This document shows positions 20,018 through 30,111 of a stretch of 64,000 nucleotides of DNA, piece after piece (within the stretch, counting starts at the first letter, position 1; every line of letters starts with the position of its first letter). The DNA comes from an uncultured Psychromonas sp. (GTDB lineage Bacteria; Pseudomonadota; Gammaproteobacteria; Enterobacterales; Psychromonadaceae). A program made the position numbers and the translations under genes. The notes beneath the pieces are model-generated. The model had not been told where the DNA came from and searched no databases. It saw only the letters and a list, made by a program, of their open reading frames with translations. Location of the stretch: assembly GCA_963682165.1 (NCBI GenBank), contig OY821666.1, forward strand, positions 580,771 to 644,770. The letters are read 5' to 3'.

Positions 20018-21871
20018 TTAGTTGTTTGTTTGAAATGAGTCGTAAGTGTCTATAAATTCTCGATGATACTCTTTGGATTGTTCTAGTAATTCTCTATATG
20101 TCTTCACAAAAACTTCACCTGATTGAATGTATGTCTTTTCTTTACTTCTAAAAAGAGGATTTGAAGATTTTTCACCACCAACAACGTAGCAGACTACCCT
20201 TGAAAAGCCGGTTTCAGATGCATACTTTTCAGTCAAGAAAACACCATACACATATGCTTGCTCAAGCGCGTTTGCATCAACCTTATATGTACTTCTTTTA
20301 ATTTCTATAACATATAAAATTTCACCTAGAGCATTGCTACATAAAAAATCAATTCTTCTATCCTTTCCATCCAATTTATCATCGGGGTAAGTTTCCTTGA
20401 GCAGCTTTGAATATGTTACTTCATCTCGAAACTCTAGAATTCTTGGATCAAGAAGCCAAGAAAACTTTTTTAGAAAATTATGTAAAGTAGGTACTTCTTT
20501 AGTATCAGTATTTATATAGTCTTCAAATTTTTTAATTACTTCAACCCGTGAATATGCGAGATCTCTAAATTGCTTTGACTCAATAGATTTCCAGTCATCC
20601 ATTAATTTTAGTAATTGTGGAATCTGTTCAGGCGAAGATATATCGGCAATCTGGGAGGCATAATCTTTAAAAGTTTTATTTTCAAACTTATCTATTACAT
20701 TACCAATAATTTCAGTTGACTCTTGAATATCTATATTTGGATTTTCTAAAATTGGTTCTATTATTTTATTGCTTAGTTCCTTTTCGTAAATTGGGAGCTT
20801 TTCTTGCCATTCAGTAATATCTAGCTTCTGCTCTTCTTTAATAGTCGCTTTCTTTAAATTTCTTCTTTTTGAGCGCCACTCTGAACCAACCTTTTTTATT
20901 ATTTTCTGTAAATACTCTTGTAACTCTTTTGTTTTATCATGCTCCCAATTCAAAGAATGACGATCAGTTGAAATTACATCAATCTCAAATTCATCAATAA
21001 AATCTACTTCGAGATAACCAGTTACATAACTGTGAAATTGATCAGTATCTCTCAAACCATAAAAGTTAGCCGTATTAACTATTTTCCCTCTAGAAGTAAG
21101 GTAAACACCACGCATTTCTGTATCTTTTACTGGGGTTTTAAGTGTGATAACTAAACCTTTTATACTTTCCCAAAACTCATAATCTGAATCATATTTTTCA
21201 TTAGGGAAATCCCAAGTAAACTGGGTATTTAGTTCTGAATATTTAAGTTCATTGGTGACTGAAGTGCTATTGGAATTATTTAATGATAGAGAAACTTTCA
21301 TTTCTCCAAAAATAAGGAATTGTTTGGATAGACTTAATGCTATATTCTCAAGAGAAAAAGATGACTTTCTTCTCATTTTCTTTAGTTTTAACACGGTTCC
21401 TTTAGGTTCTTGTGTACTTAGGTTATGCTCTATTATTTCTGGATTATATGAAGTATCTTTACTCTCTTTAATTTCTATCAAGTCCATTTTAAAGTGATTT
21501 TTTAAACCGTTCTTTATGGAAATAACTTCAATTACATCACATATTCCAAAAACGGATAATTTCCCCAGCCCTTTTTTTCCTATTACCTTTCTTCCTTTAT
21601 CAGTTGTTGTTTTAGTGGCATCCTTTCGCCTGTTTCTACCAATAACTAAGTATTTCTGGTTAAGCTCATCGAATGTCATTCCATCGCCATCATCCGTATA
21701 AATAATTTCTTTTTCAGAGTCCATATCTACAAAATCAATGGATACTATCTCTGCATCAGCATCCCATGAATTCGATACTAATTCGGATAAAACACTAGGC
21801 AATTTTGAATAGAGTGATATTCCTAAGTGTTCAATTGTATTGGGGTCAAATTTTAAAACTAACTCTGCCAT
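20018..21871 (-). CDS. GHKL (MutL/MORC-like) ATPase with a C-terminal PD-(D/E)xK-like nuclease domain
   Basis: ELVSNSWDADA, DDGDGM and GKKGLGKLS GHKL boxes; RIDF...VIEIKR near the C-terminus; overlaps the methyltransferase stop. Confidence 0.8.
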   Translation of the reverse strand: MAELVLKFDPNTIEHLGISLYSKLPSVLSELVSNSWDADAEIVSIDFVDMDSEKEIIYTDDGDGMTFDELNQKYLVIGRNRRKDATKTTTDKGRKVIGKKGLGKLSVFGICDVIEVISIKNGLKNHFKMDLIEIKESKDTSYNPEIIEHNLSTQEPKGTVLKLKKMRRKSSFSLENIALSLSKQFLIFGEMKVSLSLNNSNSTSVTNELKYSELNTQFTWDFPNEKYDSDYEFWESIKGLVITLKTPVKDTEMRGVYLTSRGKIVNTANFYGLRDTDQFHSYVTGYLEVDFIDEFEIDVISTDRHSLNWEHDKTKELQEYLQKIIKKVGSEWRSKRRNLKKATIKEEQKLDITEWQEKLPIYEKELSNKIIEPILENPNIDIQESTEIIGNVIDKFENKTFKDYASQIADISSPEQIPQLLKLMDDWKSIESKQFRDLAYSRVEVIKKFEDYINTDTKEVPTLHNFLKKFSWLLDPRILEFRDEVTYSKLLKETYPDDKLDGKDRRIDFLCSNALGEILYVIEIKRSTYKVDANALEQAYVYGVFLTEKYASETGFSRVVCYVVGGEKSSNPLFRSKEKTYIQSGEVFVKTYRELLEQSKEYHREFIDTYDSFQTNN

Positions 21872-23094
21872 AATAATCCTTTAATTGATTCGGCTATTTC
21901 TAGAGACATTAGAGGTGGAACTGCATTTCCAATTTGTTTAAATGCAGATGTTCTCCCACCTTCAAAAAAGTAATCATCAGGAAAAGATTGAATTCTAGCT
22001 GCTTCCCTTACAGAGAGGGAGCGTACTTGTTTATCATCAGGATAAATATAGTAATGCCCATCTTTTGCAATATGTGCAACCATCGTATGAGAAAGACCTT
22101 TAATATCTACAACTTTAAACCTATCTAAAAATGACTTCTCATTTTTATGAGTTTTTAATCTCTTAGGTAAATCGGGATATTTTAAACGTTCATTGTCATG
22201 AAGCCATTTGTTGATAGCTATCTTATATATTTCCAAATCTCTTGCGTTGTGAGGTCTTGCAATATGTTGAGATACGTAATCCACGCCATTTCTTAGATTA
22301 AATTTATTTAAGTAATCGGTAGTATCTGTCTGGTAAGTTGTAATGTTATTTTGCTCACCTGGAAACAGGGGCTTTAAATCAGAAAAAATGTCTTTCATTG
22401 TGTAACTATGAGTTATTTGCTTAAAATTAGGATATGAAAATTTTATACCTTTTTTCCACCCAATTAAAATTATTCTTCTTCGTTTTTGTAAAACACCAAA
22501 ATCTTCAGATTTTTGTATTGAATAATCTAAAAAATAGCCAATTCTTTTAAAATATGCCTGCATATTTTTAAAGTAACTTCCATCGTTTGCAGAAATCAAA
22601 CCTAACACATTTTCAAAAACGAAAACTTTTGGTGTATATCTTTTCAAAAATTTCGCATACTCTTTATAGAGAACATTTCTAGGGTCGTTCTCCATATTGT
22701 TTTTATCTCTAGACCGACCAACCAAAGAGTATGCCTGACAAGGGGGACCTCCAATTATCAAATCAACATCATTGGCATACCTATCAATTTGATCGAAAAT
22801 ACCTTTATTATTTTCTTCACCTATCGAAATATTGATGATCGAATCAGAAAAATATTCCCCATAATTTTTTACAAAGTTTAATCTATCTATATTTCCTAGA
22901 ATATAGTCATGGTATGCTTTTAAGTTACCTTTCTTTTTTAATGAATGATAAATGAGTCTTGTTTCAAGCGTTTTACATGCATTAAGGTCGACCTCTACAT
23001 GAGCCAAAGGAGTATACCCAGCATTCATAAATCCCTCAGACAGTCCACCCGCCCCTGAGAATAAATCTAAATATTTTAATTTCTTATTAGCCAC
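21859..23094 (-). CDS. DNA (cytosine-5) methyltransferase
   Basis: DLFSGAGG, GGPPCQAYS, ENV, QKRRR, REAARIQSFPD and QIGNAVPP. Confidence 0.95.
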   Translation of the reverse strand: MANKKLKYLDLFSGAGGLSEGFMNAGYTPLAHVEVDLNACKTLETRLIYHSLKKKGNLKAYHDYILGNIDRLNFVKNYGEYFSDSIINISIGEENNKGIFDQIDRYANDVDLIIGGPPCQAYSLVGRSRDKNNMENDPRNVLYKEYAKFLKRYTPKVFVFENVLGLISANDGSYFKNMQAYFKRIGYFLDYSIQKSEDFGVLQKRRRIILIGWKKGIKFSYPNFKQITHSYTMKDIFSDLKPLFPGEQNNITTYQTDTTDYLNKFNLRNGVDYVSQHIARPHNARDLEIYKIAINKWLHDNERLKYPDLPKRLKTHKNEKSFLDRFKVVDIKGLSHTMVAHIAKDGHYYIYPDDKQVRSLSVREAARIQSFPDDYFFEGGRTSAFKQIGNAVPPLMSLEIAESIKGLLWQS

Positions 23095-23173
23095 AATCCC
23101 CCCTGTTTCCGAACGCTCTATACCCGTATGCTATTTTAGCATTTTTCAGTAAATAGTACGACGAGTGTTTTAC

Positions 23174-23231
23174 ACATAACGCTGCATTCACCATGCGAGC
23201 GCAGCGAGTCCGGTGCAATGCTTTGTTGAAC
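23174..23231 (-). repeat. attC site abutting the left end of IS91-like copy 2
   Basis: Minus strand GTTCAAC-AAAGC-ATTGCAC...GTGAAT-GCAGC-GTTATGT. Confidence 0.88.
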
Positions 23232-23316
23232 GAAGCCGCTGCGCGAAAGAAAAACAAACTGCGTTAATACTTTCTTTTATGCACCATTCTCGGTGCGCAT
23301 AAAAGGAGTATACGCC

Positions 23317-24366
23317 ATGAACACTTCAGATCAACTTCGCTATGACTTTTTATATCAGCAACATTTAACCAATCTCACTCTGCAGGGAATGCGCCCTGCA
23401 ACCATTGATGGTTACTCACGGGCAGTGAGGCGGATTGCAGGCTATTTTGAGCGCTCTCCCGATGCACTAGATAAAGCTGATTTGAAATCATACTTTTCAA
23501 GCTTAATCAAAACACACTCTTGGAGTACGGTAAAACTTGATCGTAACGGCTTGCAATTCTTTTATCGTCATACCCTAGAAAAAGAGTGGGAATGGTTGAA
23601 TATAGTTAAACCCCCTCAACTAAAACGTATCCCTGATATTATACCATTCGCATTAATATTATGATCAAAATCTGGCGAAGTGGAAAATCAGGTAATTCAA
23701 GGCGGAAGTTGTAGCTAATGGTTGTTCCCTTGGCAAAACTTACAACACAGAAGTAGCTGATTTTACCAAGCTAGATGAGCACATATTTGATGCGATTGGT
23801 ATTATTACCTGTGAGCAAATTGGCGCGCTTATTTCCCATACAAAGTCGTTGCGCTACAAGATCTTCTTTCTTGTTTTATATAGTATGGGCTTACGATTAA
23901 GTGAAGCGCTTGAATTAACTATCAATGAGATAGATAGTGTTACAATGACGGTGCATATTCGTGATGGTAAAGGGGGAAAGATAGGTTATTACCCTTGCCT
24001 CACCGAACTTTAATCGCACTTCGCTATTATTGGAAAACGCATAAACATCGACACTTATTATTTCCCGGAAAAGGCAAAAATAAACAAGCACCAATGGACA
24101 AAGGAGGTATACAAAAAGCACTGAAAAAAGTCATTGCTGATTTGGGAATAAATAAAAATATCAGCCCTCATTCACTGCGCCATTGCTTTGCAACACATTT
24201 ATTAGAGCAAGGTATTGATTTGCGTTCTCTGCAAGTTTTACTTGGCCACCACAGCCTTAATACCACCTCGCTATATACTGAGCTCACTCCACTTAAGCAA
24301 AAAGATAACGTCATTGCCCTTGAACAGTTAGCCAATAATATCCCAATAAAATGGGAGGCATTATGA
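23317..24366 (+). pseudogene. Tyrosine recombinase with the same MITE (23642-23801) and the same -1 frameshift as copy 1
   Basis: ORFs 23293-23664 and 23995-24366 plus the intervening frame reconstruct a full recombinase. Confidence 0.88.
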
Positions 24367-25430
24367 ATCAATTCATCACTTTACTTAAAGCGCATCAAAC
24401 TGAGTTTGAGAAATACTATGGCGCTCGGCTAAATCAAGATATTCGCCGAGCAATGAGTGATATGTTGCACTGTAAAAATGATCGCACTCGTTACACACAA
24501 TGGCATTGTAGCCATTGCCAGCATGACCAACAGCAATTGGCATCCTGCGGAAACCGCAATTGTTCACAGTGCTTGCATCAAACCACCTCAAACTGGCTCG
24601 CTCGTCAAACGGATAAATTATTACCAGTCCATTATTTTATGCTGACATTGACTCTGCCATTTCAACTTAGATCCCTTGCGATGCAACATCCTAAAGCGCT
24701 TTATAAAATAATGTTTCAAGTCAGTGCTGAGCTGTTGAAAGGGTTCGCAGCTCGTCAGCAAAAAGGCGAGTTAGGTTTCACCACCGTGCTACACACTCAC
24801 AATAGAAAACGAGATTTACACCCTCACTTACATATTATTGTTCCAAGTGGACGTTATGATCCTATCAAAAAGCAGTTTTTTAAAGGAGATAAAGCTTACC
24901 TATTTAATGCGCTTTCATTAGCAAAAGTATGGCGAGCAAAAATGATTGATGCCATTAATAAAAGTAAAATACTTACTATCCCCACTGGGTTGCCAAAGAA
25001 ATGGGTTGTTGACTGTCGAAAAGTAGGTTTTGGCTTGTCTTCATTTCAATATTTGTCGCGATACTTGTATCGAGGCGTATTACTGGGTAAAGATATTATC
25101 AATATCCACAACGGATTAGTGACATTTCAATATAAAAAAGGAGGCTCAAATATAATCGAAACTCGAACTTTACCCGTACTCAAATTTTTATGGTTGATTT
25201 TACAACACGTACTGCCGAAAGGCTTACAACGCGTTCGAGATTATGGATTTCTAAGTGGGAATGCAAAAAAATTGCGCTTACAAATTCAATTAATATTAGG
25301 CTTGTTCGTCAAGCCGCCATCTGTTGAAAATGAAGCAAAAGGTCACGCCGTTCATATTTTCCCATGCTGTCAACACAGTATGAAATTAGTCGGATTTCAT
25401 CGACTGAAGCTTTCTGAGACTGGCTTGTGA
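24363..25430 (+). CDS. IS91-family Y2 HUH transposase
   Basis: About 15 aa differences from the copy 1 protein (counted from the ORF track); LHTH...HPHLH and YLSRY. Confidence 0.92.
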   Translation: MNQFITLLKAHQTEFEKYYGARLNQDIRRAMSDMLHCKNDRTRYTQWHCSHCQHDQQQLASCGNRNCSQCLHQTTSNWLARQTDKLLPVHYFMLTLTLPFQLRSLAMQHPKALYKIMFQVSAELLKGFAARQQKGELGFTTVLHTHNRKRDLHPHLHIIVPSGRYDPIKKQFFKGDKAYLFNALSLAKVWRAKMIDAINKSKILTIPTGLPKKWVVDCRKVGFGLSSFQYLSRYLYRGVLLGKDIINIHNGLVTFQYKKGGSNIIETRTLPVLKFLWLILQHVLPKGLQRVRDYGFLSGNAKKLRLQIQLILGLFVKPPSVENEAKGHAVHIFPCCQHSMKLVGFHRLKLSETGL

Positions 25431-25612
25431 ATTGTTAGTTTTTGACCTAGATCGAAACCATTAAGGGGATGCCGATAAAGAAATAAAAATACAATAAGCC
25501 TTTGATATAATTGAGTAATGATCGTATGCAGATAAACCTCGCCTCAAGAAAACACCTAAACTTCCCTCTGATTTCACTATTTACTATATAAGAAGCGATC
25601 CTTGACGGGCTT

Positions 25613-25667
25613 GTTCAACAACCAGATAAGGTGTCGGCTACGCGACACCTATCCTTGTTTATTATAT
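25613..25667 (-). repeat. attC-like terminal hairpin at the right end of IS91-like copy 2
   Basis: Identical to 19908-19957, then TATAT instead of TATGT. Confidence 0.8.
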
Positions 25668-25672
25668 TTTTG

Positions 25673-26206
25673 TTATTGACCAAACAATTGCTCAACTGTT
25701 TTCATAGGGAGAAACATACGGATACGCCCATTATGTTCACACAATACCTCGAAACCATATTTAGCATAAAAGCTTTGCGCGGAATCAGTTAAACAATCAA
25801 CCACAACCGCATAAGCTCTCATATGATGATTTACTTCCCATAAGTAATTTAACGCCTTAATTAAGCTTATTTTTCCTAACCCGCTCCCATGAAATTCTTT
25901 ATGTACTGCTAACTGAGCCAACAAAAATACAGGGATAGGGTAACGTGGTAATTTTTTAGCCATGTTAACTGGTAATGTTTCTCGAGATATTGAGCTTGGA
26001 GCAACACTATAAAATGAACAAATTGGGAATTTCTTATTTAACAATGGCATTTTTGAAGGCAAAACCATGGTTCTACTGATGCCTGCTTGCATATGTTTTG
26101 CTGCTTGAATTTTTATAAACACATTCAATTCATGTTCACCACAATCAAATGAATTACGATCGTGAACTGATTTTTTTAGCTCTTCAAATTCATTTGCCCA
26201 ACTCAT
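25673..26206 (-). CDS. GNAT acetyltransferase toxin (AtaT/TacT type)
   Basis: HDRNSFDCGEHELN, PIPVFLLAQLAVH, GSGLG and FYAKYGF. Confidence 0.9.
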   Translation of the reverse strand: MSWANEFEELKKSVHDRNSFDCGEHELNVFIKIQAAKHMQAGISRTMVLPSKMPLLNKKFPICSFYSVAPSSISRETLPVNMAKKLPRYPIPVFLLAQLAVHKEFHGSGLGKISLIKALNYLWEVNHHMRAYAVVVDCLTDSAQSFYAKYGFEVLCEHNGRIRMFLPMKTVEQLFGQ

Positions 26207-26472
26207 TTAAAACCGCCCTCTTTTGTAAATGCAGCAGCTTCAAATAGAGCTTTACTTGGACTTTCAGCTTTATCACAAGCGTCAATAAATTTATCAAAAA
26301 CATTGGCTTCGACTGTAATAATTTCGTGTTCCGCAATTACATGTGAAGCGTCTTCATCCATTAAACGAACAACGTATTCAGTGAGGCTTTTTAAGCCTAA
26401 AAGAGCAGAAGCTTTTTCTGCTTTAGCTTTGATTTCTTCATCAAGCCTAATATCTAAACGTGCAGTAGCCAT
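26203..26472 (-). CDS. DUF1778 (RHH) antitoxin
   Basis: ARLDIRL...KAEKASALLG...LTEYV; overlaps the GNAT start. Confidence 0.9.
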   Translation of the reverse strand: MATARLDIRLDEEIKAKAEKASALLGLKSLTEYVVRLMDEDASHVIAEHEIITVEANVFDKFIDACDKAESPSKALFEAAAFTKEGGFK

Positions 26473-26487
26473 AACAACCTCCAGTTG

Positions 26488-26542
26488 TACGGAGTCATTC
26501 CGTAATAAAACAAAGTATAAACCTTAAATAAAATTATAACAA
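26488..26542 (-). promoter_or_regulatory. Promoter and palindromic operator of the DUF1778-GNAT TA
   Basis: TTGTTA-17 nt-TATACT; TACGGA-N5-TCCGTA palindrome at 26488-26504. Confidence 0.6.
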
Positions 26543-26573
26543 CATGTACAGCAACTTTACGGATTAAGAAAAA

Positions 26574-26915
26574 ATATAACAGTATTATTAGTAGGAAACT
26601 TTCCTTCTAATTCCTAGAAAAGTTTCCGCCTATCTTCATTTTAGTATTTTAATTTTTTCTATCAATTGCTATCAAAAACAATATGTTAGCGGCATTTATA
26701 GGTTTTGACTGAGATAAAATCAGGAAAGTTTCCTATATAATTGCCAGTTAGTAGCAAACCTTCCGGCTAATTCCGCATAAAGTTTCTGTCTAATTGCAAG
26801 CTACTCTTTTTCTTTTATATGTCAATTGTATATAAAACAAACTATTAGCTAAGTTTATGGAATGTGAAGAAGATCAAATCAGCAAAGTATCCAGCTAATT
26901 ACGCATTAGTTAGAA
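26574..26915 (-). repeat. Long tandem attC-family repeat, copy D (about 180-bp attC plus a diverged 169-bp second unit)
   Basis: Arms ATTATATAGGAAACTTTCC / GGAAAGTTTCCTACTAAT with R'' ACTAAC and R' GTTATAT; the second unit aligns with the first. Confidence 0.8.
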
Positions 26916-26932
26916 AGGATGCACTACTTTTT

Positions 26933-27546
26933 TCTCATTCCCACGCTCCCGCGTGGGAATGCATACCTAACTTCATCACTGCGCACATATCTCTAGCAAG
27001 CCATTTTCACCATCATAATTTCTAGCACTGAAATATCGCCATTGCTCTGCTTTATCGAGATAACCACGTTTTGCATGGTTATTGTGGATATACTCAACCG
27101 TAAGGGCATGATTTCATTATTTTCAATTAACACAGGGGCGCACCTTCTTGGCAAAACTGATAAGATTTATCGTGTTTATGCGCTTTTTTATAAAAAGCCA
27201 ACTGCTGTAAAATTTGTTCAATATTATTTTTGGGTAAATACTCAATAAGTAACCTTGCTGTGTATGAATTATAGCGAGCAATATCTCTACCTAATGCTTT
27301 GTTTTGAACAACTAAATGACAGTGGTTTTTTAAAATGACATAGGCATACACTGTTAAACCCTCTTTAGATAAATGGCGTAGCGAGTCAAGCAAAATAGCA
27401 ACAGTATCTGGATGGGTAAATACAGGTATTGAGTGCAGTATGGTTAGTGTGATGAAATGGGGATCCTCTGGGTTGGTTATTTTGTATCGACTTCTACTCA
27501 TTGTTTAGCTTGCGTATGCATCCCCACACGGGAGAGTGGGAACGAG
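26933..27546 (-). pseudogene. REP-flanked RAYT remnant, copy 2
   Basis: ORF 27127-27501 with HFITLT and YAYVILKNHCH; REPs at 26933-26967 and 27514-27546. Confidence 0.82.
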
Positions 27547-27554
27547 CAAAATCT

Positions 27555-27677
27555 GAGAGACTTTGCTCACTTCGCGATGGTTGGATCAAGCTGCATTATC
27601 CTGAGTGAAACGCCCTGTGCGGATCCGCATGCAGGATCTTGTGGGGGCTGATGGTTAAATACCCTCGGCTACAAGAT
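27555..27677 (+). mobile_element. Class C group II intron 3' remnant inserted in the HigBA cassette attC
   Basis: DV/DVI ending CTACAAGAT, followed by TAGAGCG, the remainder of the R'' complementary to core GTTAGAG at 29156-29162. Confidence 0.82.
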
Positions 27678-27684
27678 TAGAGCG

Positions 27685-28770
27685 TTATACTGTCCACTTA
27701 TACCTAATTCTATGATGGTGGTTTGTATGTGGTAACTTTTTATCATGCTGTAATCTACCAGTTACAATACCTGGAAAGATTCCAATTTTTTTTGAAAAGT
27801 CTTTGATTGATGAACTAGAAAAATCACAACCTTTGACAAATTTATTGTATGCATCAAAAGGTATTAGAGACTTTTGAGAAAAAATATCTGCTTCTTGCTC
27901 TTGTTTCTGATATTGCAGATCAAGTTTACCGTTCTCTAAGAAAGTAACTCTTTTATCATGAAGTAAAATATGACCTATTTCATGAAATAAACTAAACCAG
28001 AATATATCTGACCACGCACCACGCAGTGACATCATAATTACAGCTTTATTCTTACCAATCCAAAAGGTTGCACCTGTTGTATATGATTTTGCAAACGTTG
28101 GCACTAGGGCTAGAACAACACCACAATCAGCTAAAGTACTTTTAATTTTCTCAATTAACTCGTTTGGCTCAATGACATTTGTAAGCTCTCTAAGTTTAGG
28201 AATACTTTGCTCAAGTTTTCCTTTATTAAATTGAGCTACTTCTCTTTTGCCCGCAATAACGTGGCCAGCTCTAAGCCATGTAGCTAACGATTCATGAGAG
28301 ACTGTGGTCTTTTCTTGTTGCCTAAACGCGGGAGCAAATTCTTTTACTGTTCGGATATTTTTTAAAGAGGAAACCCCAAAAAACTTTCTTAATTCAACAA
28401 CTTTTTTTAACTTATCTCTAGTTTTCTCAACCAAATTAAGTTTGCTTAATTGTAAATATGGAAACTTATCAATTAAGTTTTCTTCAAGTTTAATGTCTTC
28501 CTGCTGTTGCTGTTTAGCTAAAATCAAGCGGAATTCAGTTTCAAGGTTACTCCATAACTGTGCGGAAACACCTAAAACTTGCTCTAGTTGTAATGCTGTT
28601 TCAGGAGTTATTGCTTTGTCACCTTTAACTATCTCATTAATAGCCTGTGGGGGGCGTCCCATTCTTCTTGCTAGCTCTGCTTGACTAATTTCTAGATCTT
28701 CTAACACTTCTTCCAAGTATTCACCTGGGGGAATTGCCATATCAGAAATAAATGCTGTTTCAGTCATCAT
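27685..28770 (-). CDS. higA: HigA antitoxin fused to an ImmA/IrrE (DUF955) metallopeptidase domain
   Basis: PPGEYL, SQAELARRMG and INEIVKG HTH motifs; FSLFHEIGHILLH HExxH. Confidence 0.9.
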   Translation of the reverse strand: MMTETAFISDMAIPPGEYLEEVLEDLEISQAELARRMGRPPQAINEIVKGDKAITPETALQLEQVLGVSAQLWSNLETEFRLILAKQQQQEDIKLEENLIDKFPYLQLSKLNLVEKTRDKLKKVVELRKFFGVSSLKNIRTVKEFAPAFRQQEKTTVSHESLATWLRAGHVIAGKREVAQFNKGKLEQSIPKLRELTNVIEPNELIEKIKSTLADCGVVLALVPTFAKSYTTGATFWIGKNKAVIMMSLRGAWSDIFWFSLFHEIGHILLHDKRVTFLENGKLDLQYQKQEQEADIFSQKSLIPFDAYNKFVKGCDFSSSSIKDFSKKIGIFPGIVTGRLQHDKKLPHTNHHHRIRYKWTV

Positions 28771-29062
28771 AATGCTTACTCACTTCTTCAATTAAGGCTA
28801 TATCTAAACAGTCACCTGCAACTGTAAAGATCAACCTATAAAAACCTGTCAATTTGACTGCATACTGTCCTTTTCTATTACCTTTTAAATGGTGGCATCT
28901 GAGTCCTGGCAGTGACATAACCTCATCTAGGTTTTTAGCTGCCTTTATTAAATTAACTCTTTGAATATACTTTTTGGCAATTTGGCTCCCAAACTCTTTT
29001 TGAGCTTGCTTGCCTTGGCAATAGCATTTCTCAAGCTTTTTAGTCTTGAAATTTACAATCAA
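28760..29062 (-). CDS. higB: HigB/RelE-family toxin
   Basis: FKTKKLEK, LPGLRCHHLKGNRKGQYAVKL and YRLIF. Confidence 0.9.
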   Translation of the reverse strand: MIVNFKTKKLEKCYCQGKQAQKEFGSQIAKKYIQRVNLIKAAKNLDEVMSLPGLRCHHLKGNRKGQYAVKLTGFYRLIFTVAGDCLDIALIEEVSKHYDD

Positions 29063-29100
29063 ACTTATATCCTAAGTATAGTACTGACAAAACGATAACG

Positions 29101-29145
29101 TTCACCTTTTGGGTGAATGCTACAATAGGAAAGTTGAACTGTCAA
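29101..29145 (-). promoter_or_regulatory. higBA promoter and operator
   Basis: TTGACA-17 nt-TAGCAT; TTCACC-N5-GGTGAA palindrome at 29101-29117. Confidence 0.65.
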
Positions 29146-29195
29146 GCATTATACGCTCTAACGAGCCTGTAGAATTATTGGTTTTATTTATTTGT

Positions 29196-29490
29196 GCACG
29201 CCCAACATGGGTCTGAACTAATGAGGTGAAAGTACTCTGTAGGAAGGTCTCCATCCGTAGCGAGTATATGGTTATTAGGTGCTAATTACTCGCAATGGTA
29301 AGGGCTTACCCGCGAGGTTTGATCCTAAGGAAGCCAGCCGCAAAACTGCGAGCTGATGAATAAAAACATCATATGAGGCTGGAGGCGAGTTGGCACAAGA
29401 TGACGAAGCTATGCGATCTAACGGCCACCGTAAATGATGCAGTCGCTTCGCGAAAGTTCATGCCCTTATCTGGGGAGATCTGCTTAACAC
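29196..29490 (+). mobile_element. Class C group II intron 5' remnant (domain I region)
   Basis: TTGT|GCACGCCCAACATGGG start, resembling the GTGCGCCC..CATGGG 5' end and TTGT target of attC-targeting IIC introns; GC-rich structured non-coding stretch. Confidence 0.7.
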
Positions 29491-29504
29491 GTGATTGGTA
29501 AATA

Positions 29505-29699
29505 ACCAGTAAGGCATGGATCTAAATGGCGTAGCGAGTCCAGCAAAATAGCAACAGTATCTGGATGGGTAAATACAGGTATCGAGTGCAGTATGGTTAG
29601 TGTGATGAAATGTGGTGCTCTGGGTTGGTTATTTTGTATCGACTTTTTTCCATTGTTTAGCTTGCGTATGCATTCCCACGCAGGAGCGTGGGAACGAGA
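29505..29699 (-). pseudogene. Third RAYT 5' fragment with REP
   Basis: PHFITLTILHSIPVFTHPDTVAILLDSLRHL; REP at 29666-29699. Confidence 0.75.
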
Positions 29700-29700
29700 A

Positions 29701-30111
29701 AAGGGGGAATGCAAAAAAATTGCGGTTACAAATTCAATTAATCTTAGGCTTGTTCGTCAAGCAGCCATCTGTTGAAAATGAGGAAAAAGGTCGCGCCGTT
29801 CATATTTGCCCATGCTGTCAACATAGTATGAAATTAGTCGGGTTTCACCGACTGAAGCTTTCTGAGATTGGCTTGTGAATAGTTAGTTTTTGACCGAGAT
29901 CGAAACCATTAAGGGGATGCCGATAAATAAATAAAAATACAATAAGCCTGTGATATGATTGAGTAATGATCGTATGCAGATAAAACTCGCCTCAAGAAAA
30001 CATCTAAACTTCCCTCTGATTTCACTATTTACTATAATAAGAAGCGATCCTTGACGGGCTTGTTCAACAACCAGATAAGGTGTCGGCTACGCGACACCTA
30101 TCCTTGTTTAT
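29701..30111 (+). mobile_element. 3' fragment of the IS91-like element, including its right-end hairpin (30062-30116)
   Basis: [19 protein letters not shown]...CPCCQH tail and 3' non-coding region shared with copies 1 and 2. Confidence 0.85.

Larger units (their letters stand above)
23227..25662 (+). mobile_element. IS91-like element (tyrosine recombinase + Y2 transposase), copy 2
   Basis: Same ends and organisation as copy 1. Confidence 0.85.
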
